57,410 nucleotides of DNA, from the NCBI GenBank assembly GCA_041660165.1, contig JBAZWW010000007.1, positions 1-57,410 on the forward strand, written 5' to 3'. The notes beneath the pieces were generated by a model. That model did not search any database and had not been told where the DNA came from. It saw only the letters and a list, made by a program, of their open reading frames with translations. The translations under genes and the position numbers were made by a program. This document shows positions 8,487 to 20,800 of the stretch, piece by piece. Each line of letters begins with the position of its first letter. The first letter of the stretch is position 1. The stretch comes from Patescibacteria group bacterium. Lineage in GTDB: Bacteria > Patescibacteriota > Patescibacteriia > UBA9934.

Positions 8487-8882
8487 CTACAGGGGCTTAC
8501 ATGTCTGAATTATAGCACAGGCGAATTCCATGACCGGATGGTAAAAAATGGCGATCCCGACCCCCACCGCACACAGCGCACACAACAAAACCGCACCTGC
8601 CATCATATCCTTCACATCTCGCACCATCGGACTCAATCGAGGCTGAACCGCATCAGCTACTCGCTCAATAATGCTATTGATAATCTCCAAAATAAGCACC
8701 GCTGAACACAAAAGAACAAGCAAAATTCTCTGCCACGCCTCAAGACGAAAGACGAACATGAAGGCAAGAACGGCAATGGTGGCGAGTACCTGAATGCGGA
8801 AACTTTGCTCGGCAGAAAAGAGCTCGGCCAGGCCTCTGAGCGCATGCTTGATTGAGCGAAAAAATGTACGGATGACAATCAT
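8487..8882 (-). CDS. dgkA: diacylglycerol/undecaprenol kinase (prokaryotic DagK family)
   Basis: Three-TM small kinase with LEIINSIIERVADAV and VRDVKDMMAGAVLL. Conserved ybeY-dgkA order. Confidence 0.8.
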   Translation of the reverse strand: MIVIRTFFRSIKHALRGLAELFSAEQSFRIQVLATIAVLAFMFVFRLEAWQRILLVLLCSAVLILEIINSIIERVADAVQPRLSPMVRDVKDMMAGAVLLCALCAVGVGIAIFYHPVMEFACAIIQTCKPL

Positions 8883-9304
8883 AGGGATGAAGCTACAATG
8901 GCGTCTTGCAAAGGGAACATCACTTCCGCATCTTCTGCCTGTTCATGGTCATAGCCTAACACGTGGAGGATGCCGTGGACGAGGAGATCAGTCAGTTCGA
9001 GTTCAAGGTCTCCGTCTTCAGCTTGGCGCACGGCTTGCTCGAAAGAAATAACGACGTCTCCCAGATACCCACTCATATCCGCTTGAGGTGAAGCAAAGGA
9101 CAGCACATCCGTCACCTTGTCCTTCTGCCGATACATCCTATTTAATCGCCTAATCTCCTCATCCGTCACCGCGCTCAAGGAAACAACGCCCTCTGGCGCC
9201 GTTTTCAGCTGCTTCTCAAAGGCGTGGGCGATCTTTTTCAACCTCGCGCTTGAAAAACGGTGCTTGGCAGGAATTAGCTCTTGAGCAAGGTCAAAGGTGA
9301 TCAT
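8879..9304 (-). CDS. ybeY: rRNA maturation endoribonuclease YbeY
   Basis: Zinc motif HGILHVLGYDH. 4-nt overlaps with both neighbours. Confidence 0.9.
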   Translation of the reverse strand: MITFDLAQELIPAKHRFSSARLKKIAHAFEKQLKTAPEGVVSLSAVTDEEIRRLNRMYRQKDKVTDVLSFASPQADMSGYLGDVVISFEQAVRQAEDGDLELELTDLLVHGILHVLGYDHEQAEDAEVMFPLQDAIVASSL

Positions 9305-10299
9305 GGGAGCAGAGTTAAGCTGTTCAGCATCATCTGGAAAGTGGTCAAGTACTCGATAGTCGTTTCCTCACCGAGCGAGTACGTCAAAGTAAACACCTTG
9401 CTCCCACCGTCTATATACGCAATGCGCTCATCCCGCTTGCTTAGGGCGAGCAAGCCCTGTGACGTATACGAAGGCTCAAGTGGCTGAGAATTTTCACTCG
9501 GCACGGTCTGCTGATACCACACCTCAAGATTTTCCGTTGGGTCTTTGGCAATCGTCGCGATCACAATAGAGGCAGTGCTGGGCGAGCGAAAAGTAACGAA
9601 GCCCGTTGTTGCGTCAACCACCGGCGTCCAAGTGGACGGATAGTAAATAGTAAATGGTGCTTCGGGACTTTGGAAAATTCGTACAGCTCCTGTGTCGAGC
9701 AAAGTCTGTGGCGCACTACCGTTAGGATGATAGCGATGAAAAACTTCATTGCCGTCAAGGAACGTATCGCCGTCCGTATCAGGATTTCGGTAATCAGTAC
9801 CGTAAAGGAGTTCCTCCACGTCCGTCAATCCGTCAGAATCCGTATCCTTGCCCGGAACTGGCACGGTTGCCACAGGAACTGGCTCCGGCACGGGTACGGG
9901 CGTTGGTTCAGGCGGAGGCGCTGTAATAACAACAGGAACTGGCATGAGGAAATAATAGTAATACGCGCCTACGCCACCCCCGGCAATCAGCAAAAGAAGC
10001 AAAAACAGGAAGATGACCACGCCAAATTTTCTTCGTGGGGCAGGCGGCTGAACCACCGGAGGCTTTGGACCAGGCGCAATGATCGGCGCCTGAGCAACGG
10101 GCGGAGGCACTGGCGTCGGAATAGGAGCCACGGCCGGAACAACAGCCGGCACGGAAACCGGAACAGGAGCGGACAACGGCTGAGCCGGCCTGCCCAAAAA
10201 CTCCCTCGGCATAACATGAAGAATCATGTCGTCCGTTTTTACGGCCGATGTCTGAGGAGCTTGGCTAGCTGATTGTGGCGCAGTCTTGTTACCGAACAT
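9301..10299 (-). CDS. membrane-anchored surface protein with TSP3-type Ca-binding repeats (paralog 1, 332 aa)
   Basis: Pro-rich N-terminus, one TM helix (VVIFLFLLLLLIAGGGVGAYYYYFLM), a PEPTPVPVPEP linker, DTDSDGLTDVEELLYGTDYRNPDTDGDTFLDGNEV, then a 170-aa unknown domain. Confidence 0.75.
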   Translation of the reverse strand: MFGNKTAPQSASQAPQTSAVKTDDMILHVMPREFLGRPAQPLSAPVPVSVPAVVPAVAPIPTPVPPPVAQAPIIAPGPKPPVVQPPAPRRKFGVVIFLFLLLLLIAGGGVGAYYYYFLMPVPVVITAPPPEPTPVPVPEPVPVATVPVPGKDTDSDGLTDVEELLYGTDYRNPDTDGDTFLDGNEVFHRYHPNGSAPQTLLDTGAVRIFQSPEAPFTIYYPSTWTPVVDATTGFVTFRSPSTASIVIATIAKDPTENLEVWYQQTVPSENSQPLEPSYTSQGLLALSKRDERIAYIDGGSKVFTLTYSLGEETTIEYLTTFQMMLNSLTLLP

Positions 10300-10318
10300 A
10301 GATGGAGCCGAGACTAGG

Positions 10319-10972
10319 CTATGGTGTTACCGGTATCTGCAAAAGCTTTCCGGGACCGTTCGGATTGAATCCCGCCGTCACCTCAGCGCCGTCTAGGAAG
10401 CCGTCACCGTCAGTATCGGTGCGGAGAGGATCCGTTCCGTAGACTTGCACCTCTTCCTTGTCCCCCAGACCGTCGCCATCCGTATCGGGATTGGTTGAGG
10501 ACGTACCAGCTTCAAGCTCTTGCGCATTTGTCAGTCCATCGCCATCACTGTCAAGAAACGTGCTTTGCCCGATCGTAGCGGTAGGCGGGGTGGCAACGTC
10601 TGGCAAAGTTGGCGCTGGCTCCGTTGGAACGGCGTTCGCATCAACAGTGCTCGCCGGCACCAGGGGCGCTCCCACCGCCGGCGTCTCAGTCTGCGGAACA
10701 ATCATCGTACTCTGAACAGGCTTCATGATGAGCGCGTATGCAAGGTAGGCAGAGCCGGCAATAACGACGAGTGCAACGAGCAGGATGATGATCGTTTTCA
10801 ACGTACCGCCCTTTGAAAGGGCGGGGTTTGAAACCCCGCCTTCTTGCGGGGCAGGCATCACCGGCGCCGGCGCGGACGATGGCGTGATTGGTGCTGGTGC
10901 TTGGGCGGGGTTTGAAACCCCGCCTTTATCTGTTCCTGCAAAAATATCTTGTGGTTCTTTGGAATCGAACAT
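10319..10972 (-). CDS. membrane-anchored surface protein with TSP3-type Ca-binding repeats (paralog 2, 217 aa)
   Basis: One TM helix (TIIILLVALVVIAGSAYLAYALI). C-terminal DSDGDGLTNAQELEAGTSSTNPDTDGDGLGDKEEVQVYGTDPLRTDTDGDGFLDGAEV. Confidence 0.75.
   Translation of the reverse strand: MFDSKEPQDIFAGTDKGGVSNPAQAPAPITPSSAPAPVMPAPQEGGVSNPALSKGGTLKTIIILLVALVVIAGSAYLAYALIMKPVQSTMIVPQTETPAVGAPLVPASTVDANAVPTEPAPTLPDVATPPTATIGQSTFLDSDGDGLTNAQELEAGTSSTNPDTDGDGLGDKEEVQVYGTDPLRTDTDGDGFLDGAEVTAGFNPNGPGKLLQIPVTP
10820..10840. repeat. intragenic palindromic 21-mer GGCGGGGTTTGAAACCCCGCC (copy 1)
   Basis: Part of an identical 24-mer (GGGCGGGGTTTGAAACCCCGCCTT) that recurs 84 nt away. Each copy encodes GGVSNPA in gene 10319..10972. 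Confidence 0.9.
10904..10924. repeat. intragenic palindromic 21-mer GGCGGGGTTTGAAACCCCGCC (copy 2)
   Basis: See 10820..10840. Confidence 0.9.
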
Positions 10973-10976
10973 ATTT

Positions 10977-11801
10977 TTATTTTTTCAGTGGATCATGTCC
11001 TGACGCTACCTCCGCCCCATCAGTATACCCGTCTCCATCGGTATCCGGGTTTTTTGGGTCAGTAAAGTATTTGGTCAGCTCTTCACCATCAGATAATCCG
11101 TCTGCATCCGTATCCACAGAGTTGAATCCATCAAGACAGCCAGCGCGCGTTTCAATCGGAACCGCGTCGCAAGCCTTGATATCCCCAGATGCTACAGCAA
11201 CAGCCGTTGCGGTGGACCGGCATTCGCTCTCCGGCACTCCAAAACCACTACAATCATTCGCTAAACGCGCCTTATCAGTGACCATAACTTCACAACCAGC
11301 CCGCACAGCCAAATCAACCACTGTCTCGCATAACGAATATTTCTTGTCTAAAACGGCTTTTGTTGAAGTGGCCACATCTGTACAAGAAATTTTTTCAGCT
11401 CCCTCAAGCGAAGCACAGGCCTCAGCCGATCCCGAATCAATCGCAATAAGAGACAAGCAGTCGGCAAAAGCTGGTCCCGTCAAGCCGTTGCACCCGTCCG
11501 CAAATCCGACAGCTCTGGCGGCATCGGATTGCGGTACGCCACTATTAACCATGTCCGCCACGGCTGTTTTCTTTTCTGCCACTACCGCCTTGGCCTGCCT
11601 GTTAGCTTGAATCATGTTCGCCGTAAAGGCAATAATGAATCCGCCGACAATCATGGCCACTACTACTGCGCCCACGATCATGCCAAAATGACGCTTTTTA
11701 TAAAGCGGGACCGGTACGGCTTCAGGTTCCGGCGTCAGCGAGTAGAAAACCTGCTGAGGCTGGGACTGAGGTGGCGATGGTGGTTGGAGTACGTCCGGCA
11801 T
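10977..11801 (-). CDS. membrane-anchored surface protein with TSP3-type Ca-binding repeats (paralog 3, 274 aa)
   Basis: One TM helix (IVGAVVVAMIVGGFIIAFTANMI), a Cys-containing middle domain, and C-terminal DTDADGLSDGEELTKYFTDPKNPDTDGDGYTDGAEV. Confidence 0.75.
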   Translation of the reverse strand: MPDVLQPPSPPQSQPQQVFYSLTPEPEAVPVPLYKKRHFGMIVGAVVVAMIVGGFIIAFTANMIQANRQAKAVVAEKKTAVADMVNSGVPQSDAARAVGFADGCNGLTGPAFADCLSLIAIDSGSAEACASLEGAEKISCTDVATSTKAVLDKKYSLCETVVDLAVRAGCEVMVTDKARLANDCSGFGVPESECRSTATAVAVASGDIKACDAVPIETRAGCLDGFNSVDTDADGLSDGEELTKYFTDPKNPDTDGDGYTDGAEVASGHDPLKK

Positions 11802-11804
11802 ACG

Positions 11805-14800
11805 TTAAGGAGCGCAGTAATTAAGACGGACATCGGAAATCGTAATCTGGCCCGTTCCGCCAAAGGAAACGTGAATCGGCACCTGCTGTTCATGCACGCC
11901 GTCGCACTTCAGAAACTCTGGCCACGGAAGAACCTGCCCCGCGCCCTCATGCAAAACTACGGATGAAGCCACAACCGTGTTATTGGCGTCCGCGCTGAGG
12001 AGAGAAACCGTTATTCCCGTAATAGATTTAATGATCCCATCATAGGCGCTGGCCAGTTCAGTTGGCGTATGAGCGTCATAGGCGTAATCCACTCCATTGC
12101 TGGTATTTGTTTCAAGCGGACCGGTCCTCAGAGAGAAAGAGTTGCTTGACCATTTCTTCATGTTCTCAATGAGCGAGTACGTGTCGGTTAAGGCCACGGT
12201 ATAAATCTCATAATCTCTTTGTGATGCCTTAATACTATCGGCTGCGTCGTTAGTAACGGATAGCGCGTCTGCAGTTCCTTCCGGTTGTCCGTCAGAAAGA
12301 AGAATGATGATGTTGCGAGTATTGCTGGCGTTCGGCAGAGCATCAAGCAGGCCCTTGGCTGAAAGCAAGCCAAGCCCGGTCTGCGTGCCATTCTGCGCCT
12401 TGGCATCATAGGCATTGATACGGGAAGTGAGCGTGGTCTTTGCGTCCTTACCGCAGAAACCAAAAGTACAAACAGTCTGACTCTGCATCTTTGCCGTACA
12501 AATGCCTCCAGCCCCACACTCGCCATCTACAACGCCATCACAACTCTGGTTGTATAGATCATTGTGTGGTCTTGGATTTGTGCACATACCCGTCCCAGCG
12601 ATACCTGAGAAGCCAACCAAACTAATGTGCGCATGCTCGCCAAAAGCAGTAAAGACGGAGTTCACGGCAGTGGCCAAGGATGCCTTAACCGCATTGATGC
12701 GCGATGGATCAACGTAGTTTTGATTGATAGTAACCCCGTCAGCCTTGTAAAGACTCCTCCCTGCAAAATCCCAATCCATGGAACCGGATCTATCAGTAAC
12801 GAACACAATATTCACTTCCGGAGGAGTCACATTGTTCATGGAAACCGTCCCCGTGAGCTGGCCCACCAATGTACAGGCCGGAATGGTCAGAGTGGCCGCG
12901 TTCGGCAAAAGCGAAGTTGATGAGGAGCTGTAACTGTTCAACTCCACGCTTGAGGAGGCCCTGGATCCTGGAAGATTCGGCAGTAAGAGCGTGGGGTTGG
13001 TTGAGAAGGAAAATGGACAAGCACTGGCACAGCTATTGGAGCATTTTGGTTTTACACAAGCGATGCCGGTGCCACAAACCGTCATGTCGTACGGAATAGA
13101 AGAAATCGTTGTGTTAGTGCAATACTCGCCATTGCGGGGACCGCCATTGCAAATCCCAAGGTCAGCACAGTGATAAAGATCCTGGCCAACAGTTGTAAAA
13201 CCGGTTGGCGTAGAACATGAACCGGCAGTCTTGCCCGTCCCGGCATCATAATATGTCAGCTGAACATCAGAACCGTCGCAAAACTCAGTACCATTTCTTA
13301 CGCCGTCTCCGCAGAAAGCACCTGATGAAACCACATTTCTACAAGACACGGAGCACGCCGTACAGGTAGATCCGTAAGTTGAGGAACAGGACTGGCCGTT
13401 CTGCACGCCAAGATCACATTCTTCAACGCCTACATAATAGGCACCATCGCCACACACATTCGTCTTGCAGGAATTCGTACAACTATCAGAAGAATCCGTG
13501 TTGCCATCATCACACTCCTCACTCCCTTCTTTCTTGCCATTACCACAGGCAGAGAGAGCGGTGCACTTAATAAACCGGTAATTTGGAGTTACCCACTGAC
13601 AGGCCGTTCCATTACTGCCGTTGCCACAGGCCCGGATGCGAGAAGTCTGATAAGTCTGAGCCGAACATATGCCATCTGTTCCGCAACTGGAGTTTTGCGC
13701 ACAAATATGTCCAAGCTTGGCAGGATCTCCCGCCGTACAAACGGTAGAAAGAGGGCAAGCATCCGCCCACGCATACGGCCCAAGCGCAGTCATACCGCAT
13801 GTCCCGCCGGATCCGCAATCCGCATCCGTAGTACAAGGAGCACCGGTTTTTGTAGCCCCCGGAGTACACAGCTTGCCCTGATATGAATCGGTATTGCCAT
13901 CACAAACCTCGCCATTCCCCGCGTCCACTTTTGTGTCCCCGCAATAGGACGCAGGGCCAGAACAATCCCACGCGCAAGAAGAAGTTGCAGACGATTGATA
14001 AACGCCGTTCAATCCTCCGCAGATGCCTCCGCCAAATGCTCTGCGCCCAATGAGAGGAGGGGTACTTCCGCAATCACATTTCTCGCTACCAGCAAGCGAG
14101 CCATCTCCGCAGGAGAAACCGCTAGCCCTGGTACAATCAAATCCGCAAAAACCGTATTTACCGTTTTGCGCGCCGTCATCACATTCCTCCGCACCTTCTT
14201 TTAAGCCGTTGCCACAAGCATTGCTGACGCAGGCAGATCCCGAATCCGGAACAAAGGCTGTACACGAGGCATTACAAACTTGCGAGCGGAAACCGTCATT
14301 CACGCCGTCATTATTGCCATCGCAGGCCACCACCAGACCACCATGCTGGCCAAGCTCACACGTTTCGCCCCCGCCAATAACGCCATCTCCACAGGAAGCG
14401 GAGGTGCCATATGTCACACCCACGCAATATGACGCAGGGATGAAGCCATTACCCGTGTTCGCCGCTCCGCCAATCAAAACATCCACCCGGTCAGCTGGGC
14501 CATCCGTATCAATCGGACTGCCCCACTGCGCAGAGTATTCCAAGTCTGCAGTAATGCGCGCCGAACGGTTGCCCGTGGCAATGTAGTGATACACGTGCGA
14601 ATTGACCGGACAAACATATGCGCCCTTTGACTGGTCTACGCATGTAGCCGAATCAAATGAGACAAACGGACCGCCAGCGTTCCCGCAAGAATTCTTTGAA
14701 AAGACGTTCAAAGGGTCCTGTGCAATATCTTTCATCTCAAGCGCCCCGCCAAGGATATCGCTCCAAGACGGCCACGGACTGACGGCGATACTGCGCACAA

Positions 14801-17800
14801 AAGTTCCTGCGGACAGTTCCGGAACAATCGGAATGCATGATTCCGTTCCAGGGCACTCCCCGCCTGTACTACAAAGCTGAGCACCTGTCCCGCTACAAAC
14901 ACCGTTTTGTGTCCCGTACTTCTTAATTTCCGTACGCAAATCAGTCATGTCAGAAAGTCTTCTGATATCTCGGCGAACCTTCGCTTTCACGGAAGAACAC
15001 GCACGTGGAGAAATAGGACTAAGAGGACAGTCGCTATCGGCCGAGCAAGACGCGCTTGTCACCGCGCCGTTTACCGTACAGAGCGTCACGTCATTCATGT
15101 TAGAAGCAAACGCGAATGAAGACAGCAAAGCATCAGCAATTTTCTTCGTGGTGTCGCTCGCTCCATCATTATACGAAATGACGTAAATATTATCGTACAA
15201 CACGTTTGCCCCCAGATTCGGCGCGGCCACATAGGTTGACCGGCCGTCCTTCACCGCCAAAAAGCCATCAATCGTTGTCTCCTGCGGGGTTCCCTTAAAA
15301 TTCTGTGCCGTGTACCACGCGCGCGGAGAAAGGTAATCCGGGTTACTAAGAACCCGAACGCCAATGGCATCGCCTGATCCGTCCGCAGTTTCAAACAAAT
15401 ATTCCTTAATCACCCCTCCCGCCTGTGAGACAGGGGGCCTCACCACCGTCATACCCGGCAAATCGTCTGACACGCCGGCTATACCCGCGTCACGGCAGTA
15501 ATACGTAGAGAAATTCATCCAGCCGTTAGCCCCTTGCGACGCCAAGCCGTTCGCCCCGCCCCTGGCCGTATCTTCCCAAGGAAACTTGGATAATTCCGGC
15601 CACGGATTTTCACAAAGGAACGCAATAAGTGGCGCGGTACCAGAAACCACTTTCTCCCTTGGCGTGCCCGTGGTGGAGCCAAGAGCATCCGTAGTAATGG
15701 TTGCCTCAGCCAAAAGCGTGCTTCGGCCGTTCTTGCCCTTCACCGCCACATCCGCCAAATCATGCTGGGTGGCGCTCCTGGTGGCGGTAAACAAATCAGC
15801 ATTTGCCGGGGCCCACGCGGTGTAATCCCAAGCGTATGTGCCAGGGAGCGATTCAATCTCGCGCGTGGCGTTGCCTACGTATGAAAGCGCGCTTGTTTTG
15901 AACGTATGCACATCATCTCCGCGCGTAAACGCATTCGGGCTCTTCTTGTTTGTGTCGAGTACCTGAACGGCATCAAGCGAACACAGGCTCGGACCCGTCA
16001 TAAACACGGAAGAGACGGTTCCGCTCATGCCAACGCCTGTGGCCGAACGCACGCCGTCAGTAACCGCGTCTGAGATATCTTCATCTCCCTTCACAACAAG
16101 CATGTATGTAGTATTTGGCACAAGCGGTTTTGAGTAGCGCAGGTACACCCTATACGTTCCATCCGCTTGAGGAACCTGGTCAAAACCGTCAATCGGAAGA
16201 ACGCAGGCAACACCCGTATTTGGCGCCGCCTCAGCAGACGCGCCGGTCAAAAATCTCACAAAAGCATTTCTTGCCTGCGCAAAAATATTCTTTGGATCAT
16301 GCGCCAAATACGTGTAACCGGACGGACACGCGCCTGCAGTTAAGGAGTGGAATGAAAGATACATTCGATATTTCTCCGTAGTGATGGCCCCCGCCGTTTC
16401 TTTAAACGTAAAACTCGACGTGTCCATCTTTTGATTGAAGACGGCGTACAGCGATTGGTTCAAGCACACGGAGGTGCCGGAAGACGGATACGGAACCGCG
16501 GTTGGGCGAAGCGAACAGCAATTGTTTGTTCCCGCACCGTTTAGCCGTGGGTCACGGCAGTCCCGGTCTGAAGATGCCGAACAGGCAAGCGAGAGGCTGG
16601 CGGTAGTTGAAAGCCCCGAAGAAGATTCCTTAACCTCAATTGATGCGTTAGCCATTCTTGTTACGGCATCCACTTCAAATACCGCATCATCACGAACAAC
16701 CGCCGTTTGCGTAGGATCAATTCTACCGTCGCCACCGGCACTGACCTCACAGGAATAATTTTCCCCAGCGCCCAAATTCCCATCACCGCAATACGATGGA
16801 ACAAGGTACTGCGCGCTTGAACCCTCAAGGAGACAAGTGCTTGAACAGCCATCGCCGGAAATCCTGTTCCCATCTTCACACTCCTCACCCGTTCCCGGAA
16901 TAATATCCCCGCAGACTGATGGTGCCGTATAACGCGATGAAGAACCCTCAAGCAAGCATGAGGAAGAACAACCGTCGCCATTCACAATATTCCCATCATC
17001 ACAATTTTCTGCTGGTTTGTCCGTCCGGTCATCACCGCAAACTGCTCCGCCAATGGAAGCAAGCGTTGGCGTCCCCTCATTCAAACACTGAGAAGAACAG
17101 CCGTCGCCATTTTTTGCGTTGCCGTCATCACATTCCTCGCCAGCCTTAGTGGTTGTATCCGCGGCAATGTCATGGTTCCCGCACGTGGCGCCAACAAAAC
17201 GCGAACCCTCCGCCAGACAGAGTGAAGAACACCCGTCTCCGTCTGCTTTGTTCCCGTCATCGCAATCCTCACCCGCTCCAGAAGATGAACGTTCTACTCG
17301 GCCATTCCCGCACGTCGTGCCGGCGGTCGAGTTCCCTTCTCGTAAGCAGGAGGAAGAACAGCCGTCGCCGTTCGCTACGTTGCCGTCTTCACATTCCTCG
17401 CCCGCCAGTGCGTCTGCCGTGCCGTCCCCGCAAATAGCGGAATACGCCACGCTTCCTTTTGACGTACATGAAGCGGTACATGACGTTGAGACAGATGACG
17501 GAGAAGTGTCAACCATTGTTCCGCCCAGCCACTCAGCTACCCTGGTAGAAGAGTCATTATCAATATTTTGGTCTTTGATTGGATCCGTCCAGGCCCAGCT
17601 ATAAGAGAACCCCGTCAAGCGCTGGCCAGATGCGGAACAGCTATCCGCCGCGCCAAATGCTGAGGAAGAAAATGAGGCGCGATCCCCCGTTGAGCGGAGC
17701 GTGATAGCAGAAGGGGCGAGCGCTACGCGGTCAACCGCACACGCAGAGCCGTCTTCCCTGGCCCGGAACGTCCAAGAATAATCTCCGCCATCATTTGTTT

Positions 17801-20800
17801 GAATAAGACGAACTCCACTTTCGCTTGTGACACTGCCGGAAATAACCGCCCTGTAGAACGTGCCGGGTGTCAGAGCCAGATTGCCCAGTGTGAAGCCGGT
17901 GCACAGCCCCTGCGCGCCCGTCACAGTCACACAAGATGCCCGGACTCCGCCGATTTCCGTCACACTCGTACAAAGCTCATACGCGCAAGAGAAAAGTTTT
18001 ACAGCACCAACACGTTCAACACTGGATGAATTCATGGGGATATTAAACGTTCCGCCCACCTGCGCGTTTGGACAAGCTGAATCACAGGCCGGCCACGTAC
18101 CAGTCACATAAGGATCAAGGAAATTGATGGCCAGGTTTCCAGCTGATTTGATATCGCTACCCGTCTCTGAAGCCGTCACCGGGGTTTCTCCCTCAGCCAG
18201 CGCCTCAACCGTAGTACAGGCAGAGGCTCCGCCAACGCAGGCCGGATTCGCCGCGCTGTTGAAACGCGTAATAGAGGGACTAGCATCCCAGCTCCAGGAA
18301 TAACTAGCTGAATCCACAGGGACACAACCCGCAGTGGGAACCGCGCTAAATGATTTCGTTCCGCCAAGAAGAGTAATGACGCCCTTGGCCGGAGTGACGC
18401 GCACGCTGTCAATGGTGCAGGGCGCGCTTGTTGCCTGTGTCACGAAGGTCCAGGAAACATCGCGAGCGAGCCCGGCCCCGCCCGTGGAGACCGCCACCGT
18501 GGTCACCGTTACTCTGTACGTTGAGCTGACCGCCAGCGAAGCGCCTGGAATAAAAGTGAAGGATGTTGGCGTCGTTCGGAGAGTTCCTGAAGCAGAGATA
18601 ACGGCTGAACACGGGTTTGTACCCTGGCCGGTACAGCGGTCCACTTTCACGGCGTCATTCAGCGTTCCCTCATTCATAGCCTCCGTAAATTCTGCGTACA
18701 CCACCGCATTCGTACACACCAAATCCGTAAATTTGTTATTTGGCACGGCACTCACCCGATCCGCTGAACATTCAGTCACCAGCTGTGGTACATGAGGGAT
18801 GGCACCCGTAGAAAAACTCCAAGCATAGCCAGCGGTTGATCCCGCGCCGGCGGATACACCGCTCGTTACCTCAAAAAAGGTATCGTTCCCCTTTGTACCC
18901 GTGCTCGAAACCAATTTTACAGCTCCCGTTTTTGCCGCGGAAGGAACAGGAACTTTAATTTCCGTTGGCGACCAGGAAGCAATATTCGTCTGTGCTCCAT
19001 CCGCAAACGTAACGGTCCCCGTTGCCGTTCCGAATTGATTGCCAACCAGAGACACCGTGTCTCCTACGGCGCCAGTGCCAGGAATGACTCCGCAAACATT
19101 CGGCGCGCTATCATCAGCTGTAACTGTAAACGGCACCGTATTTGATGATTGACTGCTTGATGTTGTTACAGACACGTCATAGACGCCAACAGCCAGCGCC
19201 ACAGCAGAAGTATATTTTGCGGGAACAATGAAGCGGATCTGGTTGTTCGTCCATGGATTGATGGCGGAGCACGCCGTAGGGAAATCAATACTGCCAATTG
19301 CGGAATCTCCCGTAGCGCGGTTCACAAACTTCACTGTCCCCTTTGACGCGCCAAAGTTCGCTCCGTCAAGCGTGACATATCTGCCGATTCCGCCAGTTGC
19401 CGGAGAAAGCGTTGCTATAGATGGCAGGGTCCCTGTAGTTGAGACAGTTGAGGCCACGCGCAAAGAAAGCGCATTCGAAGAAATGCCATTCACGGAAACA
19501 GAAACAGGGAACGTACCGTTTGGCATCTGAGGCACTGTTGTCATGATTGAAGAGTTCGTCCATGCTGAATAGCTTCCCGCGCTCCCCTGCGTGCCAAAAT
19601 TCACCGTAGATGTTCCGCGGTTCGCGCCAAAATTATCACCAATTAGCCCAAGGGAATTTGTAGGAGAGACACTGTTTTTGTCGAGCGAACAAAGATTCGG
19701 ATGGATAACCGTATTCACGGCAAAGTTTGGAAGCACCGGTCCGTGATCATTAGCGGTGTCATCTTTCCTTGTCCCCCCGCTTGCAGTAACCGTAATTAGT
19801 CCGGAGACTGTAGTTGCTGGAACAATGACAATGATTTCTCTATCCGTCCAAGCACCTCCGCATGGCGCAACCACCGCCTCAACAGGACCATTCGCTCCCG
19901 TAAAGGAAACCTTCCCGGCAGAAGAACCAAAACCCGTACCGGCAATGGTTACATATGTTCCTGGCGCTCCAGAATCCGGCGATACCGCATTGATCACCGG
20001 GTTTTCAACACATCGTCCGGCCTCGCACAGACCGCTTCCGCAATCGGCATTTGCCGTACACGCGCCCCCGCTACACGCCCCGCAAAAATTCGGGCTGAGC
20101 GCGTCACCCCCGCAATCAATACCCGTTTCGCCACTTCCCGTATCAAGAATCCCGTTAAAGCAAGAGGCAGGTTTCACCCTCACCGTCACCGCATCAGTAT
20201 CCGTGTTGCCGGCCAGATCAGAAACCTGGGCAGAAACGCGATAGGATTTTCCGTTCTCTAGTCCGGCAGTATCCCAAAGGTCATCAATCGTCACGCTCTT
20301 CAAATCAGCGCCCGTAGCTGTCACCTCATCAAACAGGACATCACCAACTAAGAAACCGGCGGAAGCCACGCCCGCATCATCCGTAGCCTGAACCTGTACA
20401 GGTTGAGTGCTATCAGCAGGAACCGTTTGGTTATTGTCTGGCAAGGTCATGTGCGCTACCGGATTCTTCGTATCAACCACGGCCCCGCTCGTGAACCCGC
20501 CGGTACACGGCTTGGCAGTTGAACAGGTGAGCGTCAGGCCAGCTGTGCTCTTGAGCGTTGGTAAAACAGAAATTGAATAGGCGGTGGACGCGTCAAAACA
20601 GAAACGAGTCTCATTCGGCGTAGCGCATGGCGCGTCAGGATGGAAAGTGATCGTATTGCCGGCCACGGAAGAAACGCCAGGAACTTCAACATTGGTGGTT
20701 GAGTTCACAATCTTCAACTGGCCGTTCATGCTGGCCGGATCAATGGATTTGCTGAACGTCACGCGAACCAGGGCGTTCTGAATAGTGATCGTTCCGGCTG

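Noticed and set aside
10888-20244. Many 60-240-aa antisense or off-frame ORFs inside the TSP3 and giant genes (e.g. 10888..11610, 14023..14586, 17119..17604, 18334..18795, 19756..20244)
   Set aside because: These are shadow ORFs of long GC-balanced coding regions. They have low-complexity Pro/Ser/Ala/Arg translations, no starts with a plausible context, and they overlap a continuous 9.5-kb ORF with clear domain motifs.
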